A stretch of DNA of 63,979 nucleotides, filler included, from Thelocarpon superellum (lineage: Eukaryota): NCBI GenBank assembly GCA_026025795.1. It is 3 parts of 3 records of this genome, joined end to end, with 100 filler letters (N's around TTAATTAATTAA, not from the genome) between each part and the next. Parts side by side here need not be neighbours in the genome. Positions count along the whole stretch, not along the records: positions 43,334 to 63,979 come from JAPEUG010000320.1; 2 more parts are not named here. The stretch is one strand, 5' to 3'. Both the position numbers and the translations under genes were made by a program. Of the stretch, positions 63,068 to 63,979 are shown piece by piece (within the stretch, counting starts at the first letter, position 1; every line of letters starts with the position of its first letter). The notes under the pieces are model-generated. The model did not search any database and was not told the origin of the DNA. It was given only the letters and a program-made list of their open reading frames with translations.

Positions 63068-63979
63068 TCATCGCTCATTGCATTTCTCCCTGGAACTGCC
63101 GCTTCGATCTTGATCGATCGGATGGGATGGTGCTCCTTCCCTGGCGTGCTGGATGGCTCGCGGTCGGAGTTCGAACCACCAAGTCGTGCCGAGATGGTAG
63201 CGGCGCATCTCCACCACCTCTAACCCGCTCTCGCTCACGATGGCGCCAATGTCTCGGTTCCACCAACAGCCATGTTTGTCGGCATGCGCTGGCGCCAAGG
63301 AATCCAAGATCCGGTTCAACCACTGATAATGCGAGCGGCCGTGCTCCAGCAGCAAGATGCGGCCGCGGTCCGGGTTGACTAAGCGGCCGAGATTCCGCAG
63401 CAGCAGAACGGGAGCGGGCGTGGAGCATAGTCCCATGGTCTGGACGATAGTATCGAAGCCGCGTGGTGACGGGGCGGGAATGGGCGTGGCGGCATCCTGG
63501 ACCAGCAGCGTCGGCGATGCTTTGGTCGGATAGAGTGCTGCAGCGACGATGAGTATCGAGCGGAACCTCATCGCAGGCATGATAGGTAGCGAGCATACCG
63601 CGAAACTTCTCGCCTGCCTGATTGAGCATCGGCTTGTTGAGATCGACCAGCGTCAAACTGTGGCATCGTGGCCAGGAATAATACGACAGATTCCTTCCCG
63701 TTCCTGCCGAGACCTCGAGCACATCCCCGGAGGCTCGTTGGGCCAGCTTCTTCCTCAGCCGGAGGATGCCTGTGTACTTCTCCGTCCGCTCCACGTCGCG
63801 ATCAAACGACGTGGCCGTCGCGTTGTATCGATCCGAGACATCTAGCGGGACGCGTAACTGCTGGGATTCCGCCGCCGCGCGACGGTAGGCTTGGTAGACG
63901 TAGGTCCCATACGCCGTGAACGCGTAGACCCCAACGCCCAGCACGATCAATTGACCAGTGCGCCCACGCTTCCATCGGG
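63068..63979 (-). CDS. OMS1: Mitochondrial SAM-dependent methyltransferase OMS1-like, 5' end outside the window
   Basis: TM segment, DVLEVSAGTGRN, FDTIVQTMGLCS, GRILLLEHGRS, GCWWNRDI, RYHLGTTW; one short intron near 63540-63598. Confidence 0.88.

Noticed and set aside
1..63979. tRNA, rRNA, snRNA genes or secondary-metabolite backbone genes
   Set aside because: None recognised by eye; tRNAscan-SE, Infernal and antiSMASH would be needed to exclude them.

Overview
GC-rich, intron-dense genomic DNA from a filamentous ascomycete (Pezizomycotina-type genes, short GT-AG introns with CTRAC-like branch points). The window joins three sequence blocks (1-21588, 21689-43233, 43334-63979) with artificial N44-TTAATTAATTAA-N44 spacers. 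Housekeeping genes: lysyl-tRNA synthetase, COX15, a BTB/MATH protein, HP1/Swi6-like chromo protein, CCT5, LSB5-like VHS/GAT protein, KAR2/BiP, HBS1 (3' end lost), SRC1/HEH1 (3' end lost), adenylate cyclase, PBY1-like TTL protein (5' end lost), SCI1-like protein, an SR splicing factor, ETF-ubiquinone oxidoreductase, a UPF0132-like membrane protein, a GDS1-like protein and OMS1 (5' end outside the window). Accessory content: a divergent SDR/transcription-factor pair, a PTH11-like receptor, three secreted proteins, a DUF3632-like gene or pseudogene, RIP-like relics and a Fot1/pogo-like transposon end. Most notable: (1) a ~840-aa secreted precursor that dibasic (Kex2-type) sites would cut into a Cys-rich domain, a mucin-like stalk, an amphipathic 22-mer and a Gly-Val repeat segment; (2) an HBS1 locus with a frame-symmetric Ski7-like cassette exon and a tandem acceptor that would give a GTPase-less isoform; (3) a 6-nt microexon and an unusually long, weakly signalled intron in the SR gene; (4) an 81-bp near-perfect intergenic hairpin. 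All family assignments are from motif recognition by eye; no searches were run.
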